Assembly (NCBI RefSeq): GCF_004010195.1
Contig: NC_057751.1
Location: 11,870,407 to 11,928,282 of the forward strand
Source of the DNA: Chiloscyllium plagiosum
Lineage: Eukaryota
Reading direction: 5' to 3'
Length of the DNA stretch: 57,876 bases
Below the pieces are notes generated by a model. That model ran no database searches. It had not been told where the DNA came from and worked only from the letters and a program-made list of their open reading frames with translations. Position numbers and translations under genes: made by a program. This document shows positions 24,991 through 38,056 of the stretch, piece after piece (position 1 is the stretch's first letter; every line of letters begins with the position of its first letter).

Positions 24991-26099
24991 AGGTGTACAA
25001 TATACAAGGTCTTGTTCTTGCTGGAGATATAACATACAATACAGCAGGCCGTTTGGCTAACCATGTCCGACCCAACTATGATGCCATTCTAAACTAACGT
25101 CATCTGCCGACACAAAGTCTTTAAAGCTCTATGCCCAGTCTGTTTATGTGTCTTATTAAAGAATAATTCTTAAGAAGGAGCTAGTGTGAATTTGTCAATG
25201 TTTGGGAAACGGGAACTTGTCAGAAGTAAGGACATGGGCAGCAGCCCTTAGCATGACCTCGAGTCTGCAGCAGGTAGAGAGCAGGGGAGAAACAATGAGT
25301 GCATTGGATCAGTCTGGTCGAGAGATAATAAAAGCATAGATGGTGTTTCACCAACAGATATGTTAAGGCAAGGATGGAGATGAGTCTATGTTACGGAGAT
25401 GGAAATACAAGATGGAATGATAAAATACATAAAAAGGAAATATTCATCCAAATGTTATCCTCAAGGAGGGTCTGGTAGGGATGCTTGAGGCCTAGTGAAA
25501 CTCAGAAAAAATTATGGTTGTACGTTAATTAAAAGGTAATAGGTGCCCAACATTTCACGCACACGGGGAAATAAATAGTCAATGAGGTTAGAGTTGATGA
25601 CGTGAGTTGGAATAAAACTGATCACAAAAGCATTTGACTGGATTCTGTCTGATCTGTCAGTTTGGGTGATTCAAATGATGCTATTATATTGGTGGAAAAC
25701 ATGAGCAGGGTTCTACCAGTACTGCCACTAAAATCCTTCCTTAGCAACCCATACCAAAATAAAACCGATAAGCTGATAGTTCTTTCTTAATGTCTGTGGA
25801 ATCTTGCTGTGCATGTGTTGAGTGCTGGATCTTTCTGTGAATAATAGGTACCATAATCAAGCACTTTTAAGTTTTTGTGAGAATCTGACATGAAATTAGG
25901 ATGAAATGTCGGAGTAACAAGCCCAGAGAACACTGGATGTCTATGACTGGATAAGAAGGGTAAGATAGGCTTCTAACAGATGCAAAAGGAGCAAATCCAC
26001 AGGGAAGCTGGCGGAGTGTGAAAGTGCAGTGGGAACTTAAGAAAACAGTCAGGAGAATAAAGGGAGGGTAAGAGTGGAGAGAATCCAAGATATTCTCTC

Positions 26100-26498
26100 A
26101 GTATATCACCGTGTTATAGGGAAGATATTATTTTACCAGAGAGACTTCAAAAAATATTCACCAGGATATTGCTGGGAATGGAGGGTTTGAGATATAAAAA
26201 TAGACTGGAAAGGCTGGGATTTTTTCACTGCAGCTTAGGAGGTTGAGGGTTGATCTTATTGTGGTTTATAAAATCATGAGGGGCATAGCTAAGGTGAAAG
26301 ACTGGGGTCTTTTCCTTAGTGTGGAGGATTTCAAAACTAAGGAGCATATCTTTCAGATGAGAGGAGAAGGATCGAAAAAGTCAGGAGGGGGCACTGTTTT
26401 TACACTGAGTGGTTTGTGAGTGGAATGAATTGCCAGAGAAAGTGGTGGATGCATCGTTTAAAACATTGGACAAGTTTGTGAATAGGAAAGGTTTGGAG
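26100..26498 (+). mobile_element. CR1 3' fragment
   Basis: gtttataaaatcatgaggggcatag and tggaatgaattgccagag match the other CR1 tails. Confidence 0.8.
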
Positions 26499-26600
26499 TT
26501 CTGAAAAAGGGTCACAGGACTTGAAATGTTTATTCAGTTTTCTCTCCACAGATGCTGCCAGATCTGTGGGGCTTCTCCAGCAATTTCTGTTTCTGATTGT
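26499..26600 (+). mobile_element. Old Penelope-derived tail with decayed hammerhead core
   Basis: ttctgaaaaagggtcacaggacttgaaatg...acagatgctgccagatctg...tccagcaattt. Confidence 0.6.
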
Positions 26601-26609
26601 TTTAGATAT

Positions 26610-28585
26610 CCAGCTTAAGCAGTGTTTTTTTCTCACTTTGGAGAAAGGGGATGTCAGTATGGAATTTGAGGAGCGGGACTGTGAGATTCTTAAGCAGTTT
26701 GATAGAGGGAATGAGGAAGTATTGGGGGTTTCGGTGGCTTTACAAGTGGCCAGTCCCCATGTCCAGATGAATTGTATCCAGGCTGCTGTGGACACAAGGG
26801 AAGAAATTACAGAGTTCTGACGCACATTTTTGATTCCTTTTTGGCTGCAGGGGAGAGGACTGTAGGCCAGCTCATATGAATTCACTTGGCGAGAAGGGTA
26901 TTTGAGATAAGTCAGGGAATTACAGATTAATGAGTCCCACATCTGTGGTAGGCAAACTATTGGAGAAAATTCTGAACCAGACAATTAATTTCCACTTAGA
27001 GAGGAAATGTTTGATCAGAGATAATCAACATGGCTTTGATAGAAAGAGATCGAGCCGAACAAATCTGATAGAAATTTTTGAAGATCGGGTGTGTGGATGA
27101 GGATAATGCAGTTAATGTGGTTTAAATAGCTTTCAGCACAGTCTTTAACAAGGTCCCACATGGGACACTGATAAAGTACACAAAAACTAATATGATTCAG
27201 GGTAACTTGGCAAGTTGGATCCAAGATTGGTTCAGTGACAGGGAACTGACATGGTGGGAGAAAGCTGTTTGTGCAACTGAAGAACAGTGTTCAATGGCAT
27301 AATACAGGGGTCAGTATTGGGTCCCTTGTGTTTGTGATAGATATAAATGATATGTTAAAAGAAGTAGTGGTGGCAATGATAAGTAAGCTTTCAGATGACA
27401 CAAAGATTGGCTGGATGGTTGACATTGACGAAGAAAGTTAACAGGAGGATTTAGACAGATTTGTCAGATGGGCGGATGGAATATAACTCTGATACATGTC
27501 AAGTGATGTACTTTGGAAGAAGAAAAATGAAGTGAATATTCAATGAACGGCAGGACATGAGGAGCTGAGAGGAACAGAGGGATCATAAAATCACAGAATC
27601 ATAGAGGACAAAAGAAGCCCTTCAACCCATCAAGGCTGTATCACCAAAGCTACACTAAATCTGCATTTCTCCCATTTTCCAGCACTATACCTATAGTATT
27701 GAATTAGATTAGATTTTTTTTAGATTACATTACAGTGTGGAAACAGGCCCTTCGGCCCAACAAGTCCACACCGACCCGCCGAAGCGAAACCCACCCATGC
27801 CCCTACATTTACCCCTACCTAACACTACGGGCAATTTAGCATGGCCAATTCACCTGACCCTGCACATCTTTTGGACTGTGGGAGGAAACCGGAGCACCCG
27901 GAGGAAACCCACGCAGACACGGGGAGAACGTGCAAACTCCACACAGTCAGTCGCCTGAGGCGGGAATTGAACCCAGGTCTCAGGCACTGTGAGGCAGCAG
28001 TGCTAACCACTGTGCCACCATGCCGCCCAAATGTCATGAATGTTATGACATTTCATGTACTCATCCACGTTTTCCTCAAATTTTCTCTGAACCTCCTGCT
28101 TTTCACTTTAAAATTATACCCCCTTACTAAGGATCCTGTGATTAAGGGGAACAGCTGCTCTCTCTTTACACTATCCACAGCCCTTATAATCTTATTCATC
28201 TCTATGAGGACCCCCTCACCCTTATCCACCCCAAAGAAAACAACCCAAGCTTATCCAGTCTCTTTACCTGGCTAAAGTACTCCCTCCTAGGCAACATCCT
28301 TATGAATATCTGATGCACCCCCTCCAATGCAACCATATCCTACCCACAGTACTTCAGATGAATCCTAACCAAAGTCCTCAGCAGCTCCAACACAGCCTCT
28401 TTGCACTTACTTGGGGTACATGTCCACAAATCCCTCAAGTCGGGGAGCAGGAGAAGTTAATGAAGGCAGAGGGAGCACTTGTCTTTTCCAGTCATGGCAT
28501 AGATTATTGATTTGGATTTTGAGTAGTTTTTTATCAGTGCAGACTTGATGTAGCAAAGGACTCTTCTATACTGTATAATTTAATG
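26610..28585. mobile_element. Old CR1 RT (+) interrupted by a CR1 tail (-; about 27590-28405)
   Basis: QGSVLGPL and SKLSDDTK remnants; nested reverse tail. Confidence 0.7.
27704..28028 (-). mobile_element. Full-length HE1-like V-SINE
   Basis: Reverse complement closely matches 23853-24170. Confidence 0.93.
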
Positions 28586-29221
28586 CAGGCTGTATCATAT
28601 AAAACTGTATGCAAACAATATAGGAGTACTTTTCACAAATGAGGAAATCGCATCTGTACTAAATTTATAATCTGAGCAAAAGTTAAACTTAGTGTTTACC
28701 CTCATCTGCAAACTAGATTTTGCTGTGCTAGTTGTTCTCTGCTTTTATTTTGCCAAGTCAGGCTGTAAGTTGGCACGTTTGCTTACGCTGCATTTGTATC
28801 AACTAGAACAGCAAGTGGATAATATAGTTTTTTTTGGAAATGTGACTGTTTTTGTTTGTTTGTGTCTGTATGCGTGTATAGACTCAGGATGAGCAGTGCA
28901 TAGTCATTGCGACACGTACCAATGGGGTAAAAAAACAAGGCAGGATCACTAGTTGAGACTGAGGCTGTGATTCTCGATAAGGTCAATCTTTGTCCTGTTT
29001 GGCAGAATTCCAAACAGCTCAGGAAGTCCAACAACTTCTCCATTTCTGGTCACCTCATTGGACTTTCTCATTGATCATGTGTAAAGACTGAGAATGCTGC
29101 TATTAGCTCTTGAGTTATTCCATTTGTTTCATGGGGTCATTGTTTATCTGTGTCAGATCAAAATTCAACACTGCTACTTTCCAAAATAAATGAAGCGGAG
29201 GAATTAGAATACGAGCTTTGC

Positions 29222-32200
29222 CATAGAGTCACAGAGATGTACAACATGGAAACAGACCCTTCGGTCCAACCCGTCCATGCCGACCAGATATCCCAACCCA
29301 ATCTAGTCCCACCTGCCAGCACCCAGCCCATATCCCTCCAAACCCTTCCTATTCATATACCCATCCAAATGTCTCTTAAATGTTGAAATTGTACCAGCCT
29401 CCACCACTTCCTCTGGCAGCTCATTCCATACATNNNNNNNNNNNNNNNNNNNNNNNNNNNNNNNNNNNNNNNNNNNNNNNNNNNNNNNNNNNNNNNNNNN
29501 NNNNNNNNNNNNNNNNNNNNNNNNNNNNNNNNNNNNNNNNNNNNNNNNNNNNNNNNNNNNNNNNNNNNNNNNNNNNNNNNNNNNNNNNNNNNNNNNNNNN
29601 NNNNNNNNNNNNNNNNNNNNNNNNNNNNNNNNNNNNNNNNNNNNNNNNNNNNNNNNNNNNNNNNNNNNNNNNNNNNNNNNNNNNNNNNNNNNNNNNNNNN
29701 NNNNNNNNNNNNNNNNNNNNNNNNNNNNNNNNNNNNNNNNNNNNNNNNNNNNNNNNNNNNNNNNNNNNNNNNNNNNNNNNNNNNNNNNNNNNNNNNNNNN
29801 NNNNNNNNNNNNNNNNNNNNNNNNNNNNNNNNNNNNNNNNNNNNNNNNNNNNNNNNNNNNNNNNNNNNNNNNNNNNNNNNNNNNNNNNNNNNNNNNNNNN
29901 NNNTGGTCACAGGCCTCCAGTCTGAAAAACAACCCTCCACCACCATCCTCTGTCTTCTACCTTCGAGCCAGTTCTGTATCCAAATGGCTAGTTCTCCCTG
30001 TATTCCATGAGATCTAACCTTGCTAATCAGTCTCCCATGGGGAACCTTGTTGAACGCCTTACTGAAGTCCATATAGATCACATCTACCGCTCTGCCTTCA
30101 TCAATCCTCTTTGTTACTTCTTCAAAAAACTCAATCAAGTTTGTGAGATGTGATTTCCCATGCACAAAGCTATGTTGACTATCCATAATCAGTCCTTGCC
30201 TTTCCAGAAAAATGTACATCCTGTCCCTCAGGATTCCCTCCGACAACTTGCCCACCATCGAGGACAGCCTCACTGGTCTATAGTTCCCTGGCTTGTCCTT
30301 ACCACCCTTCTCAAACAGTGGCATCACGTTAACCAACCTCCAGTCTTCCAGTACCTCACCTGTGACTATCGATGATACAAATATCTCAGCAAGAGGCCCA
30401 GCAATCACTTCTCGAGCTTCCCACAGAATTCTAGGGTACATCTGATCAGGTCCTGGGGATTTATCCACCTTTACACGTTTCAAGACATCCAGCACTTCCT
30501 CCTCTGTAATATGTTGCCATCTATTTCCCTGAATTCCTTATCTTCCATATCCTTTTCCACAGTAAATACTGATACAAAATATTCATTTAGTATCTCCCCC
30601 ATTTTCCGTGGCTCCACATAAAGGCCACCTTGCTGATCTTTGAGGGGCTCTATTCTCTCTCTAGTTACCCTTTTGTCCTTAATGTATTTGTAAAAACTCT
30701 TTGGATTCTCCTTAATTCTATTTGTCAAAGCTATATCATGTCCCCTTTTTGCCCTCCTGATTTCCCTCTTAAGTATACTCCTACTGCCTTTATACTCTTC
30801 TAAGGGTTCCCTCGATCTATCCTGTCTATACCTTACATATGCTTCCTTCTTTTTCTTGACCAAATCCTCAATTTCTTTAGTCATCCAGTATTCCCTATAC
30901 CTACCAGCCTTTCCTTTCACCCTAACAGGAATATAATTTCTCTGGATTCTTGTTATCTCATTTCCCTTTTTCCAGCCGTCCCTTTACCTGAGAACATCTG
31001 CCCCCCAATCAGCTTTTGAAAGTTCTTGCCTAATACTGTCAAAATTGGCCTTTCTCCACTTTAGAACTTCAACTTTTAGATCTGGTCTATCCTTTTCCAT
31101 TTTAAATCTAATAGAATTATGGTTGTTGGCCCCAAAGTGCTCCCCCACTGATACCTCAGTCACCTGCCCTGCCTTATTTCCCAAGAGTTGGTCAAGTTTT
31201 GCATCTTCTCTTGTAGGTACATCCACATACTCAATCAGAAAATTGTCTTGTACACACTTAACAAATTCCTTTCCATCTAAACCCTTAACACTATGGCAGT
31301 CACAGTCTATGTTTGGAAAGTTAAAATCCCTTACCATAACCACCCTATTATTCTTACAGATAGCTGAGATCTCCTTAGAAGTTTGTTTCTCAATTTCCCG
31401 CTGACTGTTAGGGGATCTATAATACAACCCCAATAAGGTGATCATCCCTTTCTTATTTCTCAGTCCCACCCAAGTAACTTCCCTGGATGTATTTCCGGGA
31501 ATATCCTCCCTCAGCACAGCTGTAATGCTATCCCTTATCAAAAATGCCACTCCCCCTCCTCTCTTGCCTCCCTTTCTATCCTTCCTGTAGCATTTGTATC
31601 CTGGAACATTAAGCTGCCAGTCCTGCCCATCCCTGAGCCATGTCTCTGTAATTGCTGTGATATCCCAGTCCCATGTTCCTAACCATGCCTTCCCTGTTAG
31701 GCCCTTTGCATTGAAATAAATGCAGTTTAATTTACCTTGTCCCTGCCTGCCCTGACTGTTTGGCTCGCTTCTGTTCTCAACTGTACTAGTCTCAGATTGA
31801 TCTCTTTCCTCACTATCTCTTGGAGTCTGACCCCTCCACCTTACTATTTACTCCACCATCCCAAGCAGCTCTAGCAAATTTCCCTGCCAGTATATTAGTC
31901 CCCTCCCAATTTAGGTGCAATCCATACACATCATTTCTACCCCAAAAGATATTCCAATGATCCAAAAATGTGAATCGTTCTCCTATACACCATCTCCTCA
32001 GCCATTCATTCATCTGCTCTATCCTCCTATTCTTGCCCTCACTAGCTCATAGCATCGGGAGTAATCCAGATATTACTACTCTCGAGAACCTCCTTTTTAA
32101 ATTCTTGCCTAACTCTCAGTAATCTCCCTTCAGAATCTCAAACTTTTCCCTTCCTTTGTCGTTGGTTCCAGTGTGGACAATGACCTTTTCCTGCCCCCTC

Positions 32201-32940
32201 TCCCCTGTGAGAACATTCTGCACCCTTTCTGAGACATCCTTGATCCTGACACCAGGGAAGCAACACACCATTCTGCTTTATCGCTGCTGGCTACAGAAAC
32301 GTTTTCTGTATCTCGAACTAGAGAATCCGCTATTACAATTGATTTCTTGGAAGCTGACATACCCTTCGTTGCATTAGAGGCAGTCTCAATACCAGAAACT
32401 TGGCTGTTCGTGCTACGTTCCCCTGAGAATCCGTCACCCCTTACACTTTCCAAAACAGCATACCTGTTTGAAATGGGTATATCCACAAAAGACTCCTGCC
32501 CTAGGTGCCTATCTCTCTCACCTTTCCTGGAGTTAACCCATCTATGTGACTGTACCTGAGACGTACCCCCTTCCTATAATTGCCATCCATCACATACTGT
32601 TGCTGTTACATATCCCTCATTGCTTCTAACTGTCAACCTGATAAGATTCACAACCAACAGCATTTATGGCAGATAATCCACAGTACTCTTAAACTCTCTT
32701 TAAACTCCCACATCTGACAAGAAGCACATATCACTTTAACTCAAGGCCATTTTTGCTCCTTCACAATCTACAGACCCAGAAAATAACACCATCTTATTCC
32801 TCTACAAGCACTGCCCCAGTTTAAATTAATAGTTGTGGCTTATATTTTAATCAAGAGACATATTTCCAAAAACATATCATCAATGAAGAACCAGTCAAAT
32901 TTTGAATGCATGCTGGTATGCCTATTCTCCAGAAGACCGT
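29222..32940 (-). mobile_element. Near full-length CR1 LINE: ORF1 SGNH-esterase remnant, ORF2 APE-RT with frameshifts
   Basis: ORF1 PISNRY, VIADSLVR, GLHLN; ORF2 YYRSPNS, RDFNFPNID, KSPGPD, NYRPVRL, YMDFSKAF; 3' tail at 29222. Confidence 0.93.
29434..29903. other. Assembly gap (470 N)
   Basis: Run of N inside the CR1 copy. Confidence 0.99.
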
Positions 32941-33767
32941 GGCAGATGGATCACTGCAAATTCAAGTGTGCTTCTCAAAGGTTTACCAATAGACAGTGTC
33001 TTGAAAGCTGCAATGTGGTCCTGACTGTTTTTGGTTCAACTTCTTTAACAATATCAGCACAGTTCAGGTTTTCTCCAGAAATTCAAGTGTGTAGAGTGAA
33101 AACTTTGGAACTCATATCTGTGGCCATAAACATTTTCTGGCTCACCAAGATCAGTTGACGCTGTTGTCCAGTCTGGGCTGTTTCATTGAACAATTCACAG
33201 ACACTGTCATTTCTTTCACACATATACTTGTAAGTTTCACTTTCTGGCATAGTCTTTTCACATTGTAACTATGCGTCTGCCATCCCCCATTAGTTCTTGT
33301 TGTCATGTGTAGTTTGGTTATCACTGCAAATCCCATGTAAATTCACCCCTACCTGAGCGATTACCCTTGTGTTGTTGAAAACACCCACAAACAGATGATT
33401 GAACCTTTTTCATCCCAAAGTGCAAAAAGCAACAATGCCGTGAATAACTCTGTACCTGTTTCCTGAAAAAGCGACTGTGGCATTGTGTTTACCATTTCCT
33501 CCAGTATTACAGCCTTTGTTGTGTTTACAAGTTGTGAGAAACTTAGGCCCAACGACCAACAGAATTGAGGGGCAGTGATGTGATGACAGAAACTGTCGTC
33601 CAAAGGAGGCTCAGCACTGTTGGCTGCATGATATTTAAGTATCATCAGGGAAATTCAGCCATTGCCACTGACATAAATGCCAGTCCACAAACTGGGAATG
33701 TTGCTTAAGAAAGCAGCAGGGCTGATAAGACAGATGTTTGTGCTTGCACCCATCACCTGAAGATGCT

Positions 33768-34157
33768 TGGGTGACCTTTTTAGAGGTTTATAAAATCATG
33801 AGGGGCATGGATAGGATGAGTAGCCAAGATTTTTTTATGTAGGATAGGGGAGTCCAAAACTAGAGAGCATAGGTTTAAGGTGAGAGGGGTAAGATTTAAA
33901 AAGGATCTAAGGAGTACTGTTTCCATGCAGAGGGCAGAATATGTATGGAATGAGCCACCAGAGGAAGTGGTGGAGGGAGGTATAATTAGAATATTTACAA
34001 AGCATTTGGATAACTAAATGAAGAAGAAAGGTTTAAAGGGCTATGTGCAAAATGCTGGCACATAGGACTAGATTAAGTTAGGATATCTAGATGGCCTGGA
34101 TGCATTAGACTGAAAGGTCTGTTTCCATGGTGTAGATCTCGATGACTCTATGACTCT
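33768..34157 (+). mobile_element. CR1 3' fragment with gactctat tail
   Basis: gggtgacctt...gaggtttataaaatcatgagggg...gactctatgactct. Confidence 0.88.
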
Positions 34158-34441
34158 GCTTTCGCCCTCGATGTCTTGACTCAGTCAGCAACATGTTGTG
34201 TTCGTGTTACTTTCAAATGAAGATTTTGTCAATTTGTTTCATGCAACATTTCAAAAGTATAATCACATTTCAGAAAACAAAAGGACCAAAAAATTCCAAA
34301 TTAATTGCTTGGGATTCCTTAAATATATCACATGTAAATTATAGTCATTGCATGTCAGCTTTTGCAACTTTCTAATATCATGGGTTTGTTAAAATGTGGT
34401 CAAATGTGTTAGCACTGACTGCTGATGCTCTTTTACTTCAG

Positions 34442-34520
34442 AGACATTGTACCAAAGGACTTCAAGATGTTCACCTACAGCAACAATGGGAGCTTGATCT
34501 CAACTCGGCCAGATGTTCAG
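34442..34520 (+). CDS. ADAM9: ADAM9-like exon (probably exon 4), prodomain
   Basis: Acceptor ttttacttcag, donor GTTCAG/gtattc; 79 nt, phase 2 to 0; DIVPKDFKMFTYSNNGSLISTRPDVQ resembles DLLPEDFVVYTYNKEGTLITDHPNIQ. Confidence 0.92.
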
Positions 34521-34874
34521 GTATTCAACGAGTTGGCAACAACTGTTTTATCCCATTATGACCCATCAATCTTGAATTACATAGTTGTTTCCTTCTTGAC
34601 TTTGTCACGTTTTTCAGAAAGCATTGACTTGTATCAGAGTGTTGATCAAAACTGGTAGCATTGTGTACTTTTCTTTAGTAGCCTGTCTTTGTGGTTGAGT
34701 TAAGTCAGTGACTGTTGGCAGCTTATTCTCCTGATGAATCTGGAAACAGGGAGTATCTGAAGTACACCTGATCTCCCTTCTCATTGTCCTCTGTATGTAA
34801 GGGACGTGATTTATATATCTTTTAATCTCGTGTATTTTGGATTTTGAAGTGTTGATCAATTGGTCTTTAAGCCT

Positions 34875-35702
34875 TCTGTGTATCTGAGGTGTTTAAAGAT
34901 TTAACTTGTGGGTATTTTTGTAGCCATGGTGATATTTTTCAAAACACTGTAGGTCAGGGAGACTTCCTGGTGAGTACTGGGTTTGCACTTGCATGAGGGA
35001 GTTTATGAGCAAAGAAAGTAAAGTGTCCTGCATTAGATTTTCACACAGAAGATTCTGGGGTTTCTATTTTGGGCTTGGAGGAAACATGTAAAACTTGAAA
35101 AAAAAATTTCTTGTGTTTCATTTTGATAATTTGCAGAAGTTTTAGTTGAAGATTGATGTGTCAGTTCATTGTTCCTGAGAAAGGAAGGTAGTTTGAAGAC
35201 TGTTCAGAAAGAGTTAACCTTAATGTCATGAGTTTAGTTTCAAAGTTCCAGACCACAAGTATTTGGTTAAAATCCTAAAGAGATATTTGCAGATAAGAAA
35301 ACTGGAGCTCATATACGATAAATCAAGGACGAGTCTCTCAGATTATCACTGAAAATTAAAGCCACAGCCAAATCAAAATCTACCTAGGTTCCAGAAGGGA
35401 ATTCTATTTGATGTTTGAGTGTTGTCATGAGGTGCTGTTTGGCTTGATGGGATTGCAATTTACCATATGTTTCTAAATCTTTAAACATATATGTAAATAT
35501 TTTGGTTTATTCCATTTTATTTTCATTTCTTTTACATAATAAATATCTGATTCATTGATAAAACTGAATCTGCACCATTGGCATTTTTGTGTATCAGTGA
35601 AAGAACACCTTATTAAAACCAAAGAGAATCCTTGATCTATCAAGCTAGACATAAATCCGGGAACTGAATTGTCCAGTACTAATATCAGCTGGAACCATAA
35701 CA
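34875..35702 (+). mobile_element. Possible decayed solo LTR
   Basis: Ends cagctggaaccataaca, an LTR-like terminus; 5' boundary not resolved. Confidence 0.3.
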
Positions 35703-36080
35703 CATCTGTCAATCACACCAACAATTAATTGTGTAGCTGAAGCGTAGTGATTTGCATGAACTGTCCAGTCTTTATTTCTCACTTTTTGCATCACATGATG
35801 TATTTGCGAACTGAGTTAAAGTCACATGATACCAGGTTATAGTCCAGTAGGTTTATTTGAAAATACAAGCTTCCGCAATGTTGCTTCTTTGTTACATAGC
35901 AAGTGAATTATTGAAACAACATGAAGTGCGAACTGAAATTGACGTTTTGGACTCAATTTTTGTGCCTCATTAGAGAAACATAGCTTAAGTGCATTATGGT
36001 CTCAAGAGTCACCAGCTGGGATTTCCTGATGGAGTGAGGTTGTACGATGGTGAGGACAAAGTCAGGTTCATATAGATTTT

Positions 36081-36084
<4 letters not shown>

Positions 36085-36130
<46 letters not shown>
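36085..36130 (+). repeat. (GT)23 microsatellite
   Basis: Perfect dinucleotide run. Confidence 0.98.
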
Positions 36131-36133
<3 letters not shown>

Positions 36134-37712
36134 TTTTGTGGAACACTCATTCCTGTCCAGATCCAGCCTGATCGACAAATTTATTCCTTTGGTTGGAGAC
36201 TGTTGCAGCTGAGGCCTTTGACTCAACACTGTGATGTTGGGGGACAAAGTACTGAATGATAGAATGATATTATCAGTTGCCTAATCATGGGGAGGGAAGT
36301 TGCTTGACTTGGGGAGGGAGGTGGGAGGAGAGCTGAGGGGAAATATTTCTGCTCCTTTTGGCCTCCAAGGCTTCGTTGACTTTCCCACTGCAAATTTTGC
36401 CACTCTTCACAATTGCATTTTCAAGGTTAGTAAATCTGATGGGCCTGGTTAACTCGAAAATGCATGAAGTCACATGAAAGTATTTAATTGAGCAATCTCC
36501 TACCCTCACTGCTCAGAATGATTGTCTCTGTTAAAATTGGAAGTTGATTGGATCAAACCATGTTGGTTCATGTTTAAGATTTTGACTGCTTTCTGATAAT
36601 TCTCTCACTCTCTGGTTTTGGAGGAAGCATAGTTAAAATTTCCTTCAACAAATTTGGGTCAATCCCAAAGCCAAGTAAGGATCACCAGAGAATTTTCATC
36701 ACCAGGCCTTCATTCTGAAATATTTCAATAAATAATATTTTCCTGGAAAGTGGAGACTCGCTTATCGGCACAATATCGAGCTGGAGCAGTGGCACGTTGG
36801 AAATAGCTCATTGATCTTAGGATAGCTGGGTCATGTGTATTTTGGCAGCATAAGCCTTGTCAATTTCTTGTAATCCATTCTCAAATTCATGCCACAGTCA
36901 TGATGTACTCCATCACTGACCCTTGTTTGAGATTTCTTGTCCCCTTCTCAGAAGTGAAAAACAACAGAAGCTGTGAATGACATGATAATACACTAATAAC
37001 TTTTTTTTTGGAACTATAAATTGAATGGCAGGTTATACTGACATAATTGAAAAACTAGATAGATTTTCAGATGTGAAAAACAAGTGTTGCATATCATTGA
37101 GTCGTGCAATACAATTTATCTTTTTGGAAACAAACTGGAGGGATAAGTTGAAACTGAAGTTTACCGACAAGCTTTCAAGTTAAGGACGTTCGTCCTGGCA
37201 ACAGACCTCTGATTGGTTGAGCTGAGAAGAGCTTTAAAAATAAACTCTGTGCTCAGAGCAGAAAAAGGTAAAATCTTCCCGAGCCTGCAGTCAGACGGCA
37301 TCTTGCTCTCTCACCATGTGATGAAGAAGTCAGGAAATGCTGGAAAGCTTTAAAAAAAAGCATGCTAGGAAAGACCTACATTTGTCTGATCAACCACCAA
37401 ATTGAGGGATGAGCCTCATGTTAGAGAAAATAAAGTTTTCACTACTGCAAAAATCCAAATCACTGTGACAGAAAAAGGAATTTCCAGTTTGTGCTCTGTA
37501 ATTTTGATTTTCAGAATTGTTTGCTCTGTCTCTGTTCTTTTCCAACCAATCGTATATGTGTTAAATCATTTGTCTTTTGTCATTCAGTATGAATTTATTT
37601 GGGGATTTTGAAGGGGTAGAATTTTAAGTTGCAACAATCTAAAATCCTTGTTCTTGTTAAAGTTAATTGTGTAAGTTTTATTTAACCATTTCCTTGCTAT
37701 TTATTTTTGAAG

Positions 37713-37789
37713 GATCATTGTCACTTTAAGGGATACGTGGAGGGAATGGACAATTCCATGGTTGCTCTTAGCACCTGCAGTGGGCTCAG
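37713..37789 (+). CDS. ADAM9: ADAM9-like exon (probably exon 5), prodomain CHYxG..ALSTCxGLR motif
   Basis: Acceptor tttttgaag, donor CTCAG/gtaaag; 77 nt, phase 0 to 2; DHCHFKGYVEGMDNSMVALSTCSGLR is the canonical M12B propeptide motif. Confidence 0.95.
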
Positions 37790-37949
37790 GTAAAGATTGC
37801 ATGTATTCTTGCATTAATCACAAAACAGCAGTGACTGCATGTAACACATCACGTTTGGGAGGTCAATGATGCTGTGAAAGTGATGTTCCTTAACTTGATA
37901 ATGATCTCCCTCCTACAATGTATTAATCATCTTACTTTGTCTCATCGTG

Positions 37950-38056
37950 AGGGCACTTGTGGTGTAGTGGTGGTGTTCCTATCTCCGGACCAGGAGGCCC
38001 CAGTTAAAGTCCCACCTGCTGCAGGGATGTATGATAGCAGTGCTGAACAGGTTGAT
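37950..38056 (+). mobile_element. Short tRNA-derived SINE; a second copy lies at about 48163-48262
   Basis: tggtgtagtgg A box and ccaggaggcc...aagtcccacctg shared by both copies. Confidence 0.65.

Noticed and set aside
27737..28275. ORFs such as DCGRKPEHPEETHADTGRTCKLHT as genes
   Set aside because: Translations of V-SINE sequence, recurring at every SINE copy
29303..30495. Long ORFs of 181-380 aa
   Set aside because: Their length comes from reading through N's; the real part is CR1 reverse transcriptase
35953..36259. His/Thr-rich or Cys/Val-rich proteins
   Set aside because: Translations of the (GT)n microsatellite
36288..36340. G-quadruplex-like G-run cluster
   Set aside because: The runs are present, but such motifs are common and nothing else supports a function
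37020..37635. Possible LTR just upstream of the 77-nt exon
   Set aside because: Composition is suggestive, but no clear termini, TSD or second copy
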